DNA of 64,000 nt from an uncultured Planctomycetota bacterium (GCA_963849325.1 CAWKHF010000012.1:480001-544000); one strand, 5' to 3'. Counted from the stretch's first letter, positions 1-10,383 are shown. Made by a program: numbers and translations. Notes: generated by a model from the letters alone, not told the origin.

Positions 1-54
1 TACGCCCTGCCCCTCGTGACCTCCAATGCGGGCGACCTCTACACCGGCCCGTGA
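1..54 (+). CDS. 3' end of an upstream gene, possibly a DUF1559 (prepilin-like) protein
   Basis: Frame 1 reads YALPLVTSNAGDLYTGP*. This resembles DUF1559 C-termini, and DUF1559-TPR-CRTAC1 clusters are typical of planctomycetes. Confidence 0.3.
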   Translation, partial: YALPLVTSNAGDLYTGP

Positions 55-173
55 TCTTGGTTTCCTCCGACGACGGTAGGCGGCGCCGGGCCTGGGCGTC
101 GCCGAACTTTTGTGTCCTCTCCGTATGGCCAAAGAGACCTTGAAGACATCTCGATGAAGTTGTGAAATCAAGC

Positions 174-235
174 GGAGTGGAGGGCGTCCGTCCCCGGAGG
201 CTCAGCAAACTCAGGGGGCGGACGCTCTCCGCTCC
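174..235 (+). promoter_or_regulatory. Intercistronic 22-bp RNA hairpin
   Basis: Arms 174-195 and 214-235 pair fully, and all three non-Watson-Crick positions are G-U on the + strand. Confidence 0.6.
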
Positions 236-247
236 GGAATCTGTTCC

Positions 248-1600
248 ATGAGGCGACACCCGCGTGTCCTGGTCGTACTGGTCGTTCTCGTCCTTCTGGG
301 CGGTTTCGGCTACTGGGCGGCGCGCGCTCACTTCCTGGCCGATCAACAGCGCGAGCAGGCACGGCTGGCGATTGACGATGGGGATTGGGAAACGGCGAAG
401 GCCCATCTGACTTCTTACCTGTCTCTTCGTCCCCAGGACGGTGAAGCGCACTTTCTTCTCGCGCGCGTGTACCGTCGTGCCCGCGTCGAGGATTTCGCGC
501 AAGCCCGGCACCACCTGGAAGAGGCCCGGCGACTGGGATGGTCCCGGCAGGAAGCGGCCCTGGAAGGACTGATGCTCACCTTTCAAGAGCACGGCGCCTC
601 CCGCGATGCCGAACAGCCGCTCGCGGAGCACGTCCGCTCCCCTGGAGTGGACGACGCCCTCGTCTACGAGGCACTGGCTCGTGGCTGCATTCATGCCAAT
701 CGTCAGGATGCCGCCAACGCCTGGCTCAACGCCTGGGTGGAACGCCGCCCGGACGACTGGTACGCCCATTTCTGGCGCGGCGCCTTCTTTGAATACCAGA
801 ACAAGCCCAACCTCGCCGTCGCCGATTTTCAGCTGGTCCGGGGCAAGAGGCCGCAAGACGAAGAAGTCCGGCTCCATCTCGGACTGATGCTGGTCCAGAG
901 CGGCTACAACTACGAAGAGACCCTCGGCTACCTGGAGTCCTATCACCAACGACATCCGGGCGACGCCGATGCGCGGGTTGCCCTTGCCACCTGCCGGCGT
1001 TCCCTGGGGCAATGGGAATCGGCCCGATCACTGCTGGACTCGGTGATCGCGGACCACCCCCATCACGAGGGGGCGATCCTCGGTTTGGCCATGCTGGCGC
1101 TGGACCGAGGCGACGACGACGAAGCCTTGACGTGGCTTCGCCGCCTGGAACCGTTGGCGTATCAGTCGCACTACGAAGAGAACCTGGACCGACTCGGGCG
1201 CCTGCAACCTGTGCCGGACAACATGAATGTCCCCGACCAGTTGCGGCAGGTCTTTCATCTCCTGGCGAAAGTCCTGCGCCGAAAAGGTTGCCATTCGGAA
1301 GCCGAGGGTTACGAGCGCCGGGCCACGCAACTGAGGGCCGATAGCAATGCGTTGAGCCAGGTCATGGAGGAGCAAAAGAGGCTCCCTCCCGACGTCGATC
1401 GGATGTATCGGATTGGGCTGCTCTTTCTGCGTCTGGAAATGGGGGAAGATGGAGCGTACTGGTTAGGGCGCGTACTGGAAGAACGGCCGGGCGACCGACG
1501 GGCACACGAGGCGCTGGCGAAATACTACGCCAGCCGGAAAGACCCGGAATCGCAACAGCGTGCCCGTGAACATGCACGCCTCGCCGCGGAGGGACGATGA
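248..1600 (+). CDS. Membrane-anchored tetratricopeptide repeat protein
   Basis: 450 aa ORF with an N-terminal TM helix and multiple TPR-like helical repeats (e.g. PQDGEAHFLLARVYRR). Confidence 0.85.
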   Translation: MRRHPRVLVVLVVLVLLGGFGYWAARAHFLADQQREQARLAIDDGDWETAKAHLTSYLSLRPQDGEAHFLLARVYRRARVEDFAQARHHLEEARRLGWSRQEAALEGLMLTFQEHGASRDAEQPLAEHVRSPGVDDALVYEALARGCIHANRQDAANAWLNAWVERRPDDWYAHFWRGAFFEYQNKPNLAVADFQLVRGKRPQDEEVRLHLGLMLVQSGYNYEETLGYLESYHQRHPGDADARVALATCRRSLGQWESARSLLDSVIADHPHHEGAILGLAMLALDRGDDDEALTWLRRLEPLAYQSHYEENLDRLGRLQPVPDNMNVPDQLRQVFHLLAKVLRRKGCHSEAEGYERRATQLRADSNALSQVMEEQKRLPPDVDRMYRIGLLFLRLEMGEDGAYWLGRVLEERPGDRRAHEALAKYYASRKDPESQQRAREHARLAAEGR

Positions 1601-3438
1601 TGTCCCTTCGCCAAACCATTCAGAAAACTCTTCCGAGCCTGAAGCGTAAGCGAAGAGTACCCCTTCGCTTACGCTTCAGGCTCCGACGACAACGTTTTGC
1701 GGCATCAGTCCTGCTCGTCGCCTGCCTGGCGATTACCGGCTGTTCCAGGCCCAGCGACTCCGCGACATCTCCTCCTCGGACGGCGCCGGAAGGACCGGGC
1801 CGGGCCGAACTCCTCGACGGTCCCGGCTCCTTCGCCGACGTGACGGCCTCCTCGGGAATCGACTTCACCTACCGCAACGGCGAGGAGGCGGACCAGTACA
1901 CCATCCTCGAATCCCTCGGCGGCGGCGTGGCGCTGATCGACTACGACCGCGATGGCCTGCTGGACCTCTTCTTCACGGGGGGCGGCTCTCTCGACGACAA
2001 GAAAATCCAGGGCCGTCCCTGCCGCCTCTACAAGAACGTGGGCGGCTTCCGATTTCGAGACGTGACGGCGGAGTCCGGACTGGACAAGCTGGCGGGGGGT
2101 CAACCGTGGTTCTACAGCCACGGTGCCGCCGTCGGCGACTACGACAACGACGGCTGGCCGGACCTCCTCCTGACCGGCTACGGCCGCCTGGCCCTCTTCC
2201 ACAACGACCGGGGCAAATTCACGGACGTGACGGAGACCGCCAAGTTGCGTCCTCGACGCGGCACCCACTGGAGCACCAGCGCCGCCTGGGCGGACCTCGA
2301 CGGAGATGGCCGCCTCGACCTGGTGGTGACGCAGTACCTCGATTGGTCGTTCACCAAGCATGTCCAGTGCCGGCCGCTTGGGCCGGGTTCGCCCGTGGAT
2401 GTTTGCCCGCCCACGTTGTTCGATCCGCTGCCGACCCTGCTCTATCGCAATCAGGGCGACGGCACGTTTCAGGACGCCGGCGCCGAGGCCGGGATGAAGT
2501 CGGGCAAAGGACTGGGTGTGCTGGTACTCGACCTGGATGAGGACGGTCGGCCGGACATTTACGTGGCCAACGACACTTCCGGGAATCAGCTCTATCTCAA
2601 CAAGGGTGGAGGCAAGTTCGAGGAAGCGGCCCTCATGCGCGGCGTGGCCATGAACGAATATGGCCGGGCTGCGGGGAGCATGGGGGTGGACGCCGCCGAC
2701 TATGACGGCAGCGGTCATTTCTCGCTCTTCGTGGCGAACTTCACCCAGCAGACGCACGCCCTGTATCGCAACCAGGGGCAGGGCTGGTTCCAACATGCCA
2801 GTGTGCGCGCCGGCATCGCCGCCATCGGTCTGAACTTCGTCGGCTTCGGCACCGGCTTCCTCGACTACGATAATGACGGCGGCGAGGACATCGTTATCAC
2901 CAACGGTCACGTTTATCGCCATCCGGCCGCCCCGCAGATGACGGCCCAGCGTCCCGTTCTGTTGCGCAATCGCTGGCGGCCCGGAGTGCCATCCACGGCG
3001 GCCCGCTTCGAGGACGTGTCTCGGCAAGCCGGTCCTTTTTTCCGAGGCGTCTACCGCGGCCGCGGACTGGCCGTCGGCGACCTGGATAACGACGGCAGGC
3101 CGGACGTGGTAATCAGCAACTGCAACGAGCCGGTCCTTCTGCTGCGCAATGTTTGCGAGAGCGGCAATCATTGGCTGGGGGTCGAACTGCGAGGCCGAGC
3201 GAATCGGGAGCCGATCGGGGCAATACTGACGCTGGAGGTAGAAGGGCACCGCTTGATGCGTGCCGTCAAGGGAGGCGGCAGTTACCTCTCCTCCGGCGAC
3301 CGGCACATCGTGTTCGGCCTCGGATCGGCCACGCGCGTGGATCGGTTGACGATTCGCTGGCCGTCGGGCAGCACCGAGGTCTGGGAGGGTAATCGTTTGG
3401 GTGTCGATCGCTACACAAAAATAGGGAATAGGGAATAG
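1597..3438 (+). CDS. CRTAC1-family lipoprotein (FG-GAP/VCBS repeats plus ASPIC/UnbV)
   Basis: Repeated DYDxDGxxDL motifs, C-terminal GGGSYLSS..FGLG..IRWPSG, lipobox LAITGC; start overlaps the upstream stop. Confidence 0.9.
   Translation: MMSLRQTIQKTLPSLKRKRRVPLRLRFRLRRQRFAASVLLVACLAITGCSRPSDSATSPPRTAPEGPGRAELLDGPGSFADVTASSGIDFTYRNGEEADQYTILESLGGGVALIDYDRDGLLDLFFTGGGSLDDKKIQGRPCRLYKNVGGFRFRDVTAESGLDKLAGGQPWFYSHGAAVGDYDNDGWPDLLLTGYGRLALFHNDRGKFTDVTETAKLRPRRGTHWSTSAAWADLDGDGRLDLVVTQYLDWSFTKHVQCRPLGPGSPVDVCPPTLFDPLPTLLYRNQGDGTFQDAGAEAGMKSGKGLGVLVLDLDEDGRPDIYVANDTSGNQLYLNKGGGKFEEAALMRGVAMNEYGRAAGSMGVDAADYDGSGHFSLFVANFTQQTHALYRNQGQGWFQHASVRAGIAAIGLNFVGFGTGFLDYDNDGGEDIVITNGHVYRHPAAPQMTAQRPVLLRNRWRPGVPSTAARFEDVSRQAGPFFRGVYRGRGLAVGDLDNDGRPDVVISNCNEPVLLLRNVCESGNHWLGVELRGRANREPIGAILTLEVEGHRLMRAVKGGGSYLSSGDRHIVFGLGSATRVDRLTIRWPSGSTEVWEGNRLGVDRYTKIGNRE
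1635..1683. repeat. REP-like palindrome, family A (GAGCCTGAAGCGTAAGCGAAG), inside a CDS
   Basis: Perfect 21-bp arms 1635-1655 and 1663-1683; the same family occurs at 34783-34959 and 62604-62664. Confidence 0.9.
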
Positions 3439-3523
3439 GGAATAGGGAATAGGGAAGAAGAATCCTCCTCTCGCTCCTGGTCCCTCGCCCCTATTCCCTA
3501 TTCCCTATTCCCTATTCCCTATT
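3420..3523. repeat. Inverted heptamer tandem repeats (GGGAATA)n...(TATTCCC)n
   Basis: About 5 copies in each orientation between convergent genes; both stop codons lie in the repeats. Confidence 0.9.
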
Positions 3524-3823
3524 ATCCGGTTCGTCCGTGAAGTTGAAATTGGGATCGGGCGGACCGGTCGGCTCGGAAGGACGCCGATGCTTCTCCCACT
3601 CCCGGCTCGCCCGCGCGATCTCCACGGCGCACTGTTCGGCGCGATATGATCGATTGCCCCACCAGCGCGCCAGGTTGTACATCGCCAGGGCCAGCATCAG
3701 CCACGCACCCGAGAAACTACTGTCGCCCCAGCGAATGCGGAAACGCGGGTCGCCGAGGAAGTGCTCGTAGGCCAGCAGCACGACGGCGCCGAGCAACCAG
3801 ACCACGGCCAGGAACAGGTTCAT
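3512..3823 (-). CDS. Small membrane protein, hypothetical
   Basis: 103 aa with two hydrophobic helices; GGAGG upstream on the minus strand. Confidence 0.7.
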   Translation of the reverse strand: MNLFLAVVWLLGAVVLLAYEHFLGDPRFRIRWGDSSFSGAWLMLALAMYNLARWWGNRSYRAEQCAVEIARASREWEKHRRPSEPTGPPDPNFNFTDEPDNRE

Positions 3824-3918
3824 GCCAATCCCTCCGACGAGCGATTCGCCTCCGCCATTCTCCTCTGTCGCGGCGGCGCTGGCAATCGTCGTTTTCTTGG
3901 CGTAGGATGTGGACCAGA

Positions 3919-3983
3919 CCCACTAGCCCGGAGCGCGCAGCGACGGGCGGAGGCGCCCGTCGCTGGCGCTCCGGGCTAGTGGG
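3919..3983. repeat. REP-like palindrome (CCCACTAGCCCGGAGCGC...)
   Basis: ~30-bp near-perfect inverted repeat in the intergenic region. Confidence 0.85.
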
Positions 3984-4004
3984 GAAACCAACGAGGTCTT
4001 CGCG

Positions 4005-4757
4005 ATGCCGACTCCCACCGTTTCCGCCGCCGACCTGGACTTGCTGTGCCGTTACGACACGCCGACGGTGTGCAACGTGGTCGAGCTGTTCGACCTGTAC
4101 CCGCGCACGGCTGGCTACATGGATCGCCGCATCCAGGCGTGCTATCCCAAGCTGCCGCCGATGGTCGGCTTCGCCAGCACCGCCACCTTTCGCTCGGCCG
4201 CTTCGGCCTGGAGCGGTGGCGCTTACTCCGGCCTGGTCGAACAGGTCGAATCGTTTGCCCGGATGCCCGGCCCGCCGATCGTCGTCTTCCAGGACATCGA
4301 CAATCCGCCGGTGTCGGCGACCTTCGGCGAAGTGATGTGCAGCACCTACAAGGCGTTCGGCGCCGTCGGCCTCATCACCAGCGGCGCCGGCCGCGACCTG
4401 GATCAGGTCGAGGCGCTGCAGTTCCCTTGCTTTTGCGATGGCGTCATCTGTGCCCACGGCTACTGTCACTTCCCGCAGATCAACGTGCCGGTCCACGTCG
4501 GCGGCGTGACGATTTATCCCGGCGATCTACTGCACGGCGATCGCAACGGCGTGACGACGATCCCCCTGGCCGTCGCTGGTGTCGTCGCCCACGCCTGCGC
4601 CGAGTACGTCGCCGCGGAGACGGTGGTGCTCGATTATTTGAAATCGGGGCGCGTCGATCCGAAGGGATACGCCAAGGCACGGAACGAGTGCCGCGAGCGG
4701 ATCGACGCACTGGCGCGGCGTCTGACAGGCCACGGCGTTGCGGCCAAGCAACGTTGA
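4005..4757 (+). CDS. RraA family protein (HMG aldolase/demethylmenaquinone methyltransferase-like)
   Basis: Motifs DTPTVCN, FGEVM, GAGRDLD and PGDLLHGDRNGV. Confidence 0.85.
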   Translation: MPTPTVSAADLDLLCRYDTPTVCNVVELFDLYPRTAGYMDRRIQACYPKLPPMVGFASTATFRSAASAWSGGAYSGLVEQVESFARMPGPPIVVFQDIDNPPVSATFGEVMCSTYKAFGAVGLITSGAGRDLDQVEALQFPCFCDGVICAHGYCHFPQINVPVHVGGVTIYPGDLLHGDRNGVTTIPLAVAGVVAHACAEYVAAETVVLDYLKSGRVDPKGYAKARNECRERIDALARRLTGHGVAAKQR

Positions 4758-4767
4758 GCAATCCTCA

Positions 4768-5921
4768 TTACGCCGCCTGGGGCCGATCACCCCGCCGATC
4801 GCGCACCAGGGCCAGCACCGCCTCGGCGGCGCGCTCGCAGGCACCCGGTTCGGCGACTCGTTCGCACAGCGCGGCCAGCTCGCCGCACCGCGTTTCGTAA
4901 GCCGAGCGATCGTTCAGCCAGTGCAGAACGTGAGCGGCCATCAGCTCCGCGGGACAGCCGCTGCGGAAGAATTCGGGGAACAGCTCCTTGTCCGCCAACA
5001 GGTTGACGAGCGTGATGTACGGAACACGCTTGAGGAGATGGGCCAGCAGAATGCTGATCCAGCGATGACGGTACAGCACCACCGACGGCTTGCCGCGATA
5101 GAGCAATTCCAGGCTGACCGAACCGGACACGGTCAGACACGAATGGGCGAGGTGAATGATCTCCGGCGTCCGCCCCACGTGTGCTTCGATGGGTAGCCCC
5201 ATACCCCGCACCTGGGCCTCGACCTGCCGACGATGGCTGTCGCGGAAGCAAGCGACGAGGAAACGCGCATCCGGCCGGCGGGCGTGAATGAGTGTACTGG
5301 CTCGCAACAACGACGACAGGTTGTGGTGCAATTCCTGATTGCGGGAACCAGGCAGGATGCCGAGGATGACGCCCGGCCGTACACGTTGCGCTTCCACGAA
5401 GGCGCCGTCCGGACGCTGCTGGCGCAGCTCATCGAAGTAGGGATGGCCGATGTACTCGGCCGCCACGTCGCGCTGGCGATACCATTGCTCCTCGAAGGGC
5501 AGCGTGCAGAGGACGCGATCCGTCAGACGACGCATCTTGTGGACGCGGTAGGTCAGCCATCCCCAAATCTGCGGCGGCACGAAGTACAGTACAGGAATGC
5601 CGTGCGCCCGCGCCGCCGCGCCAGCCACCAGTGGAAGCCGGGATAATCGATGAGCACCAGCGCGTCCGGCCGTTGCTCCTCGAAGAAGCGATCGGCCTGG
5701 CCGAGGATGCCCCAGAAGCGTGGCACGTTGACGAGGACGCGGTACAGGCCGACGAGAGCGAGGTCGCAGAGGGGGTAGAGCAGGCGACAGCCGGCCGCAG
5801 CCATGCGTTCGCCGCCGAAGCCGTGGACCTCCAAACCGGGTTCGCGCCGCCGCAGCGCGTGGATCAGGTTGGCGCCGTGCAGATCGCCGCTGGGTTCACC
5901 CGCGCTGACAAACAATCGCAT
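4768..5921 (-). CDS. lpxB: Lipid-A-disaccharide synthase (frameshift near 5620)
   Basis: Motifs SAGEPSGDLHGA, IDYPGF, LPFE, GHP, LPGSR and SGSVSLE, split over ORFs 5553-5921 and 4768-5628. Confidence 0.9.
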
Positions 5922-5958
5922 GAGGGCATCCTGCCGTTAGAGGAAACGATTCCCAAAG

Positions 5959-6001
5959 CCGCTTTTGGCTTAGCGTGACTATCCGCTAAGCCGCAAGCGA
6001 C
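5959..6001. repeat. REP-like palindrome (GCCGCTT(T/G)(T/C)GGCTT(A/G)GCG family)
   Basis: Imperfect inverted repeat; a related copy lies at 7663-7703. Confidence 0.7.
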
Positions 6002-6132
6002 TTGGCAAGTTACCAGGGATGCGGCCACGGAGGCAAGACCGTCCGCGACTCCGCCGGCCGAAGGGGACAGCCTCGGCGCCACCTCATACTCTATCCCAGA
6101 GGGATTGCTGACCCGAGGAACCGAGACCACTC

Positions 6133-7161
6133 ATGCACGCACGCCAGGCTGTCATCCTCGAACCGAATCGGGCGGCCGTCCGCGAGGTCGAGCTGCCGCC
6201 GCCGGCCGCCAACCAGATCCTGGTGGCGACCGAGGTCAGCGCCGTCAGCGCCGGCACCGAGTTGGCCGTCTAGACCGGCACGCATCAGTGGCTGAAGGAC
6301 CCCAACCTGCCCGACTGGAAGTTCCCCTTCCGTCCCGGCTACAGCGCGGCGGGGACGATCGTCGCGGTCGGCTCGGCGGTGTCCGGCTGGAAGCCGGGCG
6401 ATCGCGTCAGCTATCCCGGCAACCACGCCTCGGCCGAGCTGCTGACCATCGGCCACGAACGCGGCCGGCTGTGGCGCCTGCCCGAGAACCTCGACATGGA
6501 GAAAGCGGCGGTGGCCTGCATCGCTCGCTACGGCCTGGGCGCCTCCATCCGCGCCGGCCTGACGCTGGGCCGATCCGCCGCGGTCCTCGGCCTGGGCGTC
6601 ATCGGTCAGTTCGCCCTGCGTTGCCTGATCGCCGCCGGCGCTCATCCCGTCGTCGGCATCGACGCCGTGGCCATGCGCCGCCAGGCCGCTCGCGCCGCCG
6701 GCGCCGATCACGTCCTCGATCCCACGGCCGGCGATGTCCGCGAACAGCTCTCGCAGTTCCTCGGCCAGCGCGGCGCCGAGATCGTCGCCGACGCCACCGG
6801 CGTGCCGGACGCGATCCCCACGGCGATGTCGCTGGCCTGCGACGCCGGCCAGGTCGTCGTCGTCGGCAGCCCGCGCGGCAGGGCCAAGGACGTCAATTTC
6901 TACGACGACCTGCATCGCCGTTACATCGAGGTCAGCGGCGCCCACGGCAACATGCTGTTCGAGCCGGCCCATACGCGGCTGGCCGGCGCCTGGGACATCG
7001 ACAAGGCGCAGAACTGGCTGCTGGCCGCCCTCGCTTCCGGCCGGCTCAGCCTGGACGGACTGATCACCCATCGCATCGCCCCGGCCGAGCTCGGCGCCGC
7101 CTACGAAGGACTGCTCAAGAAGAAAGACGAGTACCTGGGCGTCGTACTGCGCTGGTCGTGA
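6133..7161 (+). CDS. Zinc-binding alcohol dehydrogenase (MDR) family protein with an in-frame TAG at 6271
   Basis: ATG 6133 is in frame with ORF 6379-7161. Motifs [23 protein letters not shown] and LITHRI. Confidence 0.85.
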
Positions 7162-7208
7162 CGTCTCCTCTGTCCCCTCAACACGGTTCCAAGGAAAGGA
7201 TTGATCCC

Positions 7209-7655
7209 ATGACGAAGCGTTTTGGATTGCTGACCGTTGCCATCGCCCTCACCGTGGCGGCGCTGGTCTCCGTGGAGGCCCGCGCTCAAGACAAGGACAA
7301 ATCCAAGGTCAAGGAGAAAAAAGTGGGCGATGCCGTTTTGAAGTACGAGGACCTCAAGGAAGGCTCGGGAGACGAGGCCAAGAAGGGCGACACCGTCGAG
7401 GTCCACTACACCGGCTGGCTGACGGATGGCAAGAAGTTCGACAGCAGCCTGGATCGCAAGGAGCCGTTCAGCTTTCGGCTCGGCGCGGGCATGGTCATCA
7501 AGGGCTGGGATGAGGGCGTGGCCGGCATGAAGGTCGGCGGCAAGCGCAAGCTGACCATCCCGCCGGAGCTGGCTTACGGCAAGCGCGGCGCCGGCCGCGT
7601 CATCCCGCCCGACGCCACGCTGGTCTTCGAGGTGGAGTTGCTCAAAATCAAGTGA
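7209..7655 (+). CDS. FKBP-type peptidyl-prolyl isomerase, secreted
   Basis: [37 protein letters not shown]; signal peptide; AAGGA RBS. Confidence 0.95.
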   Translation: MTKRFGLLTVAIALTVAALVSVEARAQDKDKSKVKEKKVGDAVLKYEDLKEGSGDEAKKGDTVEVHYTGWLTDGKKFDSSLDRKEPFSFRLGAGMVIKGWDEGVAGMKVGGKRKLTIPPELAYGKRGAGRVIPPDATLVFEVELLKIK

Positions 7656-7662
7656 CAACCGC

Positions 7663-7703
7663 CGCTTGCGGCTTGGCGGTTCTCGCGCTAGGCCGCAAGC
7701 GGC
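7663..7703. terminator. REP-like hairpin between convergent genes
   Basis: GCCGCTTGCGGC...GCCGCAAGCGGC inverted repeat. Confidence 0.65.
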
Positions 7704-8638
7704 TACTCTTCGTTCTCCAGAATGTCCACCGACGGCAAATCCCGATTCGCGCGATGGACGCGCAGCACGTTCCGTAGCACGTCGCGGCCCAACGCCGCGT
7801 AGGCGGCATCGAGCAGTTCGTAAGCGTACTCGGTGTGGCGCTCACCGCCGACGGCCCACAAATCCTTGCCCAGCTTCAGGGCCGTGCCCGCGAAAGCCCT
7901 CCCGCAGCGCCTGGCGGGCTTCCTCCACCACGTCGAGCGGGTCATCGGTCTCGCACAGGTACGGCCATAACTTCGCGTCCTTGCGCGACAGCGGCCGATA
8001 ACATTCCGGCGGCACGACGATGCCCATGCCTTCGCCGGTCTCGGCGACCACCTGTCCCCGGCCCGGCGCCACACCGGAATAGCGATCGACGTAAGCGTCG
8101 CCGATTTCGCTTCGCTCTCCGGTGGCGGCAGCGATCAGGACCTCGCGGAAATGATCGAGAAACTCTCGTTGGCTCTCGAACTCGTCCGGCTCCAGCACGC
8201 CCTCCGCTAAACTCAGTTCCGATTCGCCGTACGCATCCTCCAGGTACAGGCGCACGGCCGCGAAGAGATCGTCGCCATCCACCGACAGCTCGAAGTCCTC
8301 TTCGGCCTCGTAGTAGGCCACGCAGCCGCAAGCCGCGGCGGGATCGTCGAGATAACAACCCCAGTGCTGGCCGTCGATGCCGCCGGCCAGGACGGTGAAA
8401 AATTCCGGCGGGTCGAGATGGTAACGCCAGTGCAAGAGGATGCTGTAGTCGCGGCGAGCGCCGGTCGAACCGCCCCGCCAGCACCTCGAACGGCCCAACC
8501 AGTTGAAGGCCCAGATCGCTCAGCGCGCTTCAACGGCTCCAGCGGTTGCAGACGCTGCGCGAACTCCCAGAAGCGAAACAGGTGCTCGGGGAAGTCGAAG
8601 CCGTACAGCTCGCGGAGTTGTTGGCGACGGTCGATCAT
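7703..8638 (-). CDS. HPF1/DUF2228-family (ADP-ribosylation factor-like) protein, with about 3 frameshifts
   Basis: Stitched frames give FPEHLFRFWEF, LGLQLVGPFEVLAG, LHWRYHLDPPEF, GDDLFAAVRLYL, GIVVP..YRPL and GTALKLGKDL..AYAALGR..HRANR, which match remembered HPF1 blocks in order. Confidence 0.8.
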
Positions 8639-8650
8639 ATGAGCCACGAA

Positions 8651-8722
8651 CGCCTGGCGAGCGCCGAGCGTCAGCCGGCTGGTAGCTCGACCAGCCGGCT
8701 GACGCTCGGCGCTCGCCAGGCG
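8651..8722. repeat. REP-like perfect palindrome
   Basis: 33-bp arms at 8651-8683 and 8690-8722. Confidence 0.9.
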
Positions 8723-8734
8723 GTTACAGCCGAC

Positions 8735-10204
8735 TTACGCCAGGATGCCCGTGACCGGCTCGCCCTGGACCAGCTCGCGCGGCTGGTTGAGGTGGTTGTA
8801 GACCATCGTGGCCGGGTCGATGCCGACGCTGTGGTAGATCGTGGCCAGCAGCTCGCGCGGATGGACCGGGTTCTCGACGCGGGGCCGAGGCCGTCTTGTC
8901 GGACTTGCCGTAGACCAAGCCGCGCTTGACGCCGGCGCCGGCGATGACGCCGGTGTAGCAGTACGGCCAGTGGTCGCGGCCGTCGTCGCTGGTTCTCGTT
9001 GCCGGACGTGCTGACGCCGCGCTGCGGGCTGCGGCCGAACTCGCCGACCGCCACCACCAGCGTCTCCGTCAGCATGCCGCGCTGGTCCAGGTCGTCGATC
9101 AGGGCCGACAGGCCGGCGTCGAGCATCGGCGCCGACTGGTCCTTCATGCGCTTGCGTCAGGCCGGCGTGAACGTCCCAGGAGTGGTTGTCGGAGTTGGCG
9201 ACCTTGGGCCAGTTGACCTCGACGAAGCGCGTGCCGGCCTCGATCAGCCGGCGGGCCAGCAGGCAGCTCTGGCCGAAGGTGTTCATGCCGTAGCGTTCGC
9301 GCAGCGCCTTCGGTCTCCTCGGCGAGGTCGAAGGCGTTGCGGGCCCGGCCGGAGATGACCAGGCCCAGCGCCTTGCCGTAGTATTCGTCGAGGCTGTACT
9401 TGGCGGTCGCCTTCTCGATGGCCGGCATGCCCTCGTTGATGATGTCGCGCAGCTTGCCGCGCCGCTCCAGCCGCTTCGACGACACCTCCTCGCGCAGCTT
9501 GAGGTCGTCGGTCTTGATGCGGTCCATCTTGCTTCATGTCCATGTCGTCGCCGGGCGGGTAGAGCGTGTAGGGGTCGTAGGCCCGGCCGAGGAAGCCGGC
9601 GGTGCCGCCCTTGCCGACGACGTTGCTCTCCTGCAGCGGCCGCGGCAGCATGACGAACGGCAGCATCGGCACCGTCCGGCGGCTTGAGCCGGATGATGTT
9701 GCGAGCCGACGTTCGGGAAGTCCTTGGGGCTGGGCGGCTCGAGCTGGCCGGACGGGCTGACCTTGTCGGCGGTGTAGCCGGTCAGCATCTGGTAGATGGC
9801 GGCCGTGTGGTTGAACAGGCCGACCGGCGTGTAGCTCATCGAGCGGATCATGCGTGACCTTGTCGTTGACCTGGGCGAGCTTCGGCATCAGCTCGGTGAA
9901 CTTGCAGCCGGGCATCTTGGTGTCGATGGCCTTGAAGACGCTCTTGACGTTGTCGGGGACGTTGTCCTTGGGGTCCCACAGGTCGAGGTGGCTGGGGCCG
10001 CCCTGCAGGTAGAGGAGGATGACGCTCTTGGCCTTGCCGAAGCCGGGACCGCCGCCGGCCTGCTTCTTGGCCTGCGGCTTCTTGCAGGGCGAAGAGGTCG
10101 GCCAGGCTGAGGCCGAGCAGGGCCGAGCCGCCGACGCGCAGCAGTTCGCGGCGAGTGACGCCGTCGCAGGTGTCTTTGCCTGCCTGTCCGGGGATCACGA
10201 GCAT
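8735..10204 (-). CDS. DUF1501 domain protein (multiple frameshifts)
   Basis: Tat-like [45 protein letters not shown] and RDHW spread across several frames. Confidence 0.85.
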
Positions 10205-10303
10205 AAGTCGATTCCTCACAAAAGCGGGAGGATCGCGGCGGAAGGCGGGTGTGGGGCGAGTAAGCGGGGCGTATCCGAGAGAGCAATTGTTTTCGTACTT
10301 CTA

Positions 10304-10333
10304 ACTATACTGAGCGAACGAGTCGGGTGTCAA
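10304..10333 (-). promoter_or_regulatory. sigma70-type promoter for the DUF1501 gene
   Basis: Minus strand TTGACA-N18-TATAGT, about 100 bp upstream of ATG 10204. Confidence 0.65.
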
Positions 10334-10383
10334 ACAATATCCGCCCCGACGGCGACGGAATGGCAAGCGGGCGCGGCGAGCAG

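Noticed and set aside
6105-7655. 516-aa FKBP with a long N-terminal extension
   Set aside because: The extension is an alternative frame of the dehydrogenase gene. The real FKBP starts at 7209 with its own RBS and signal peptide.
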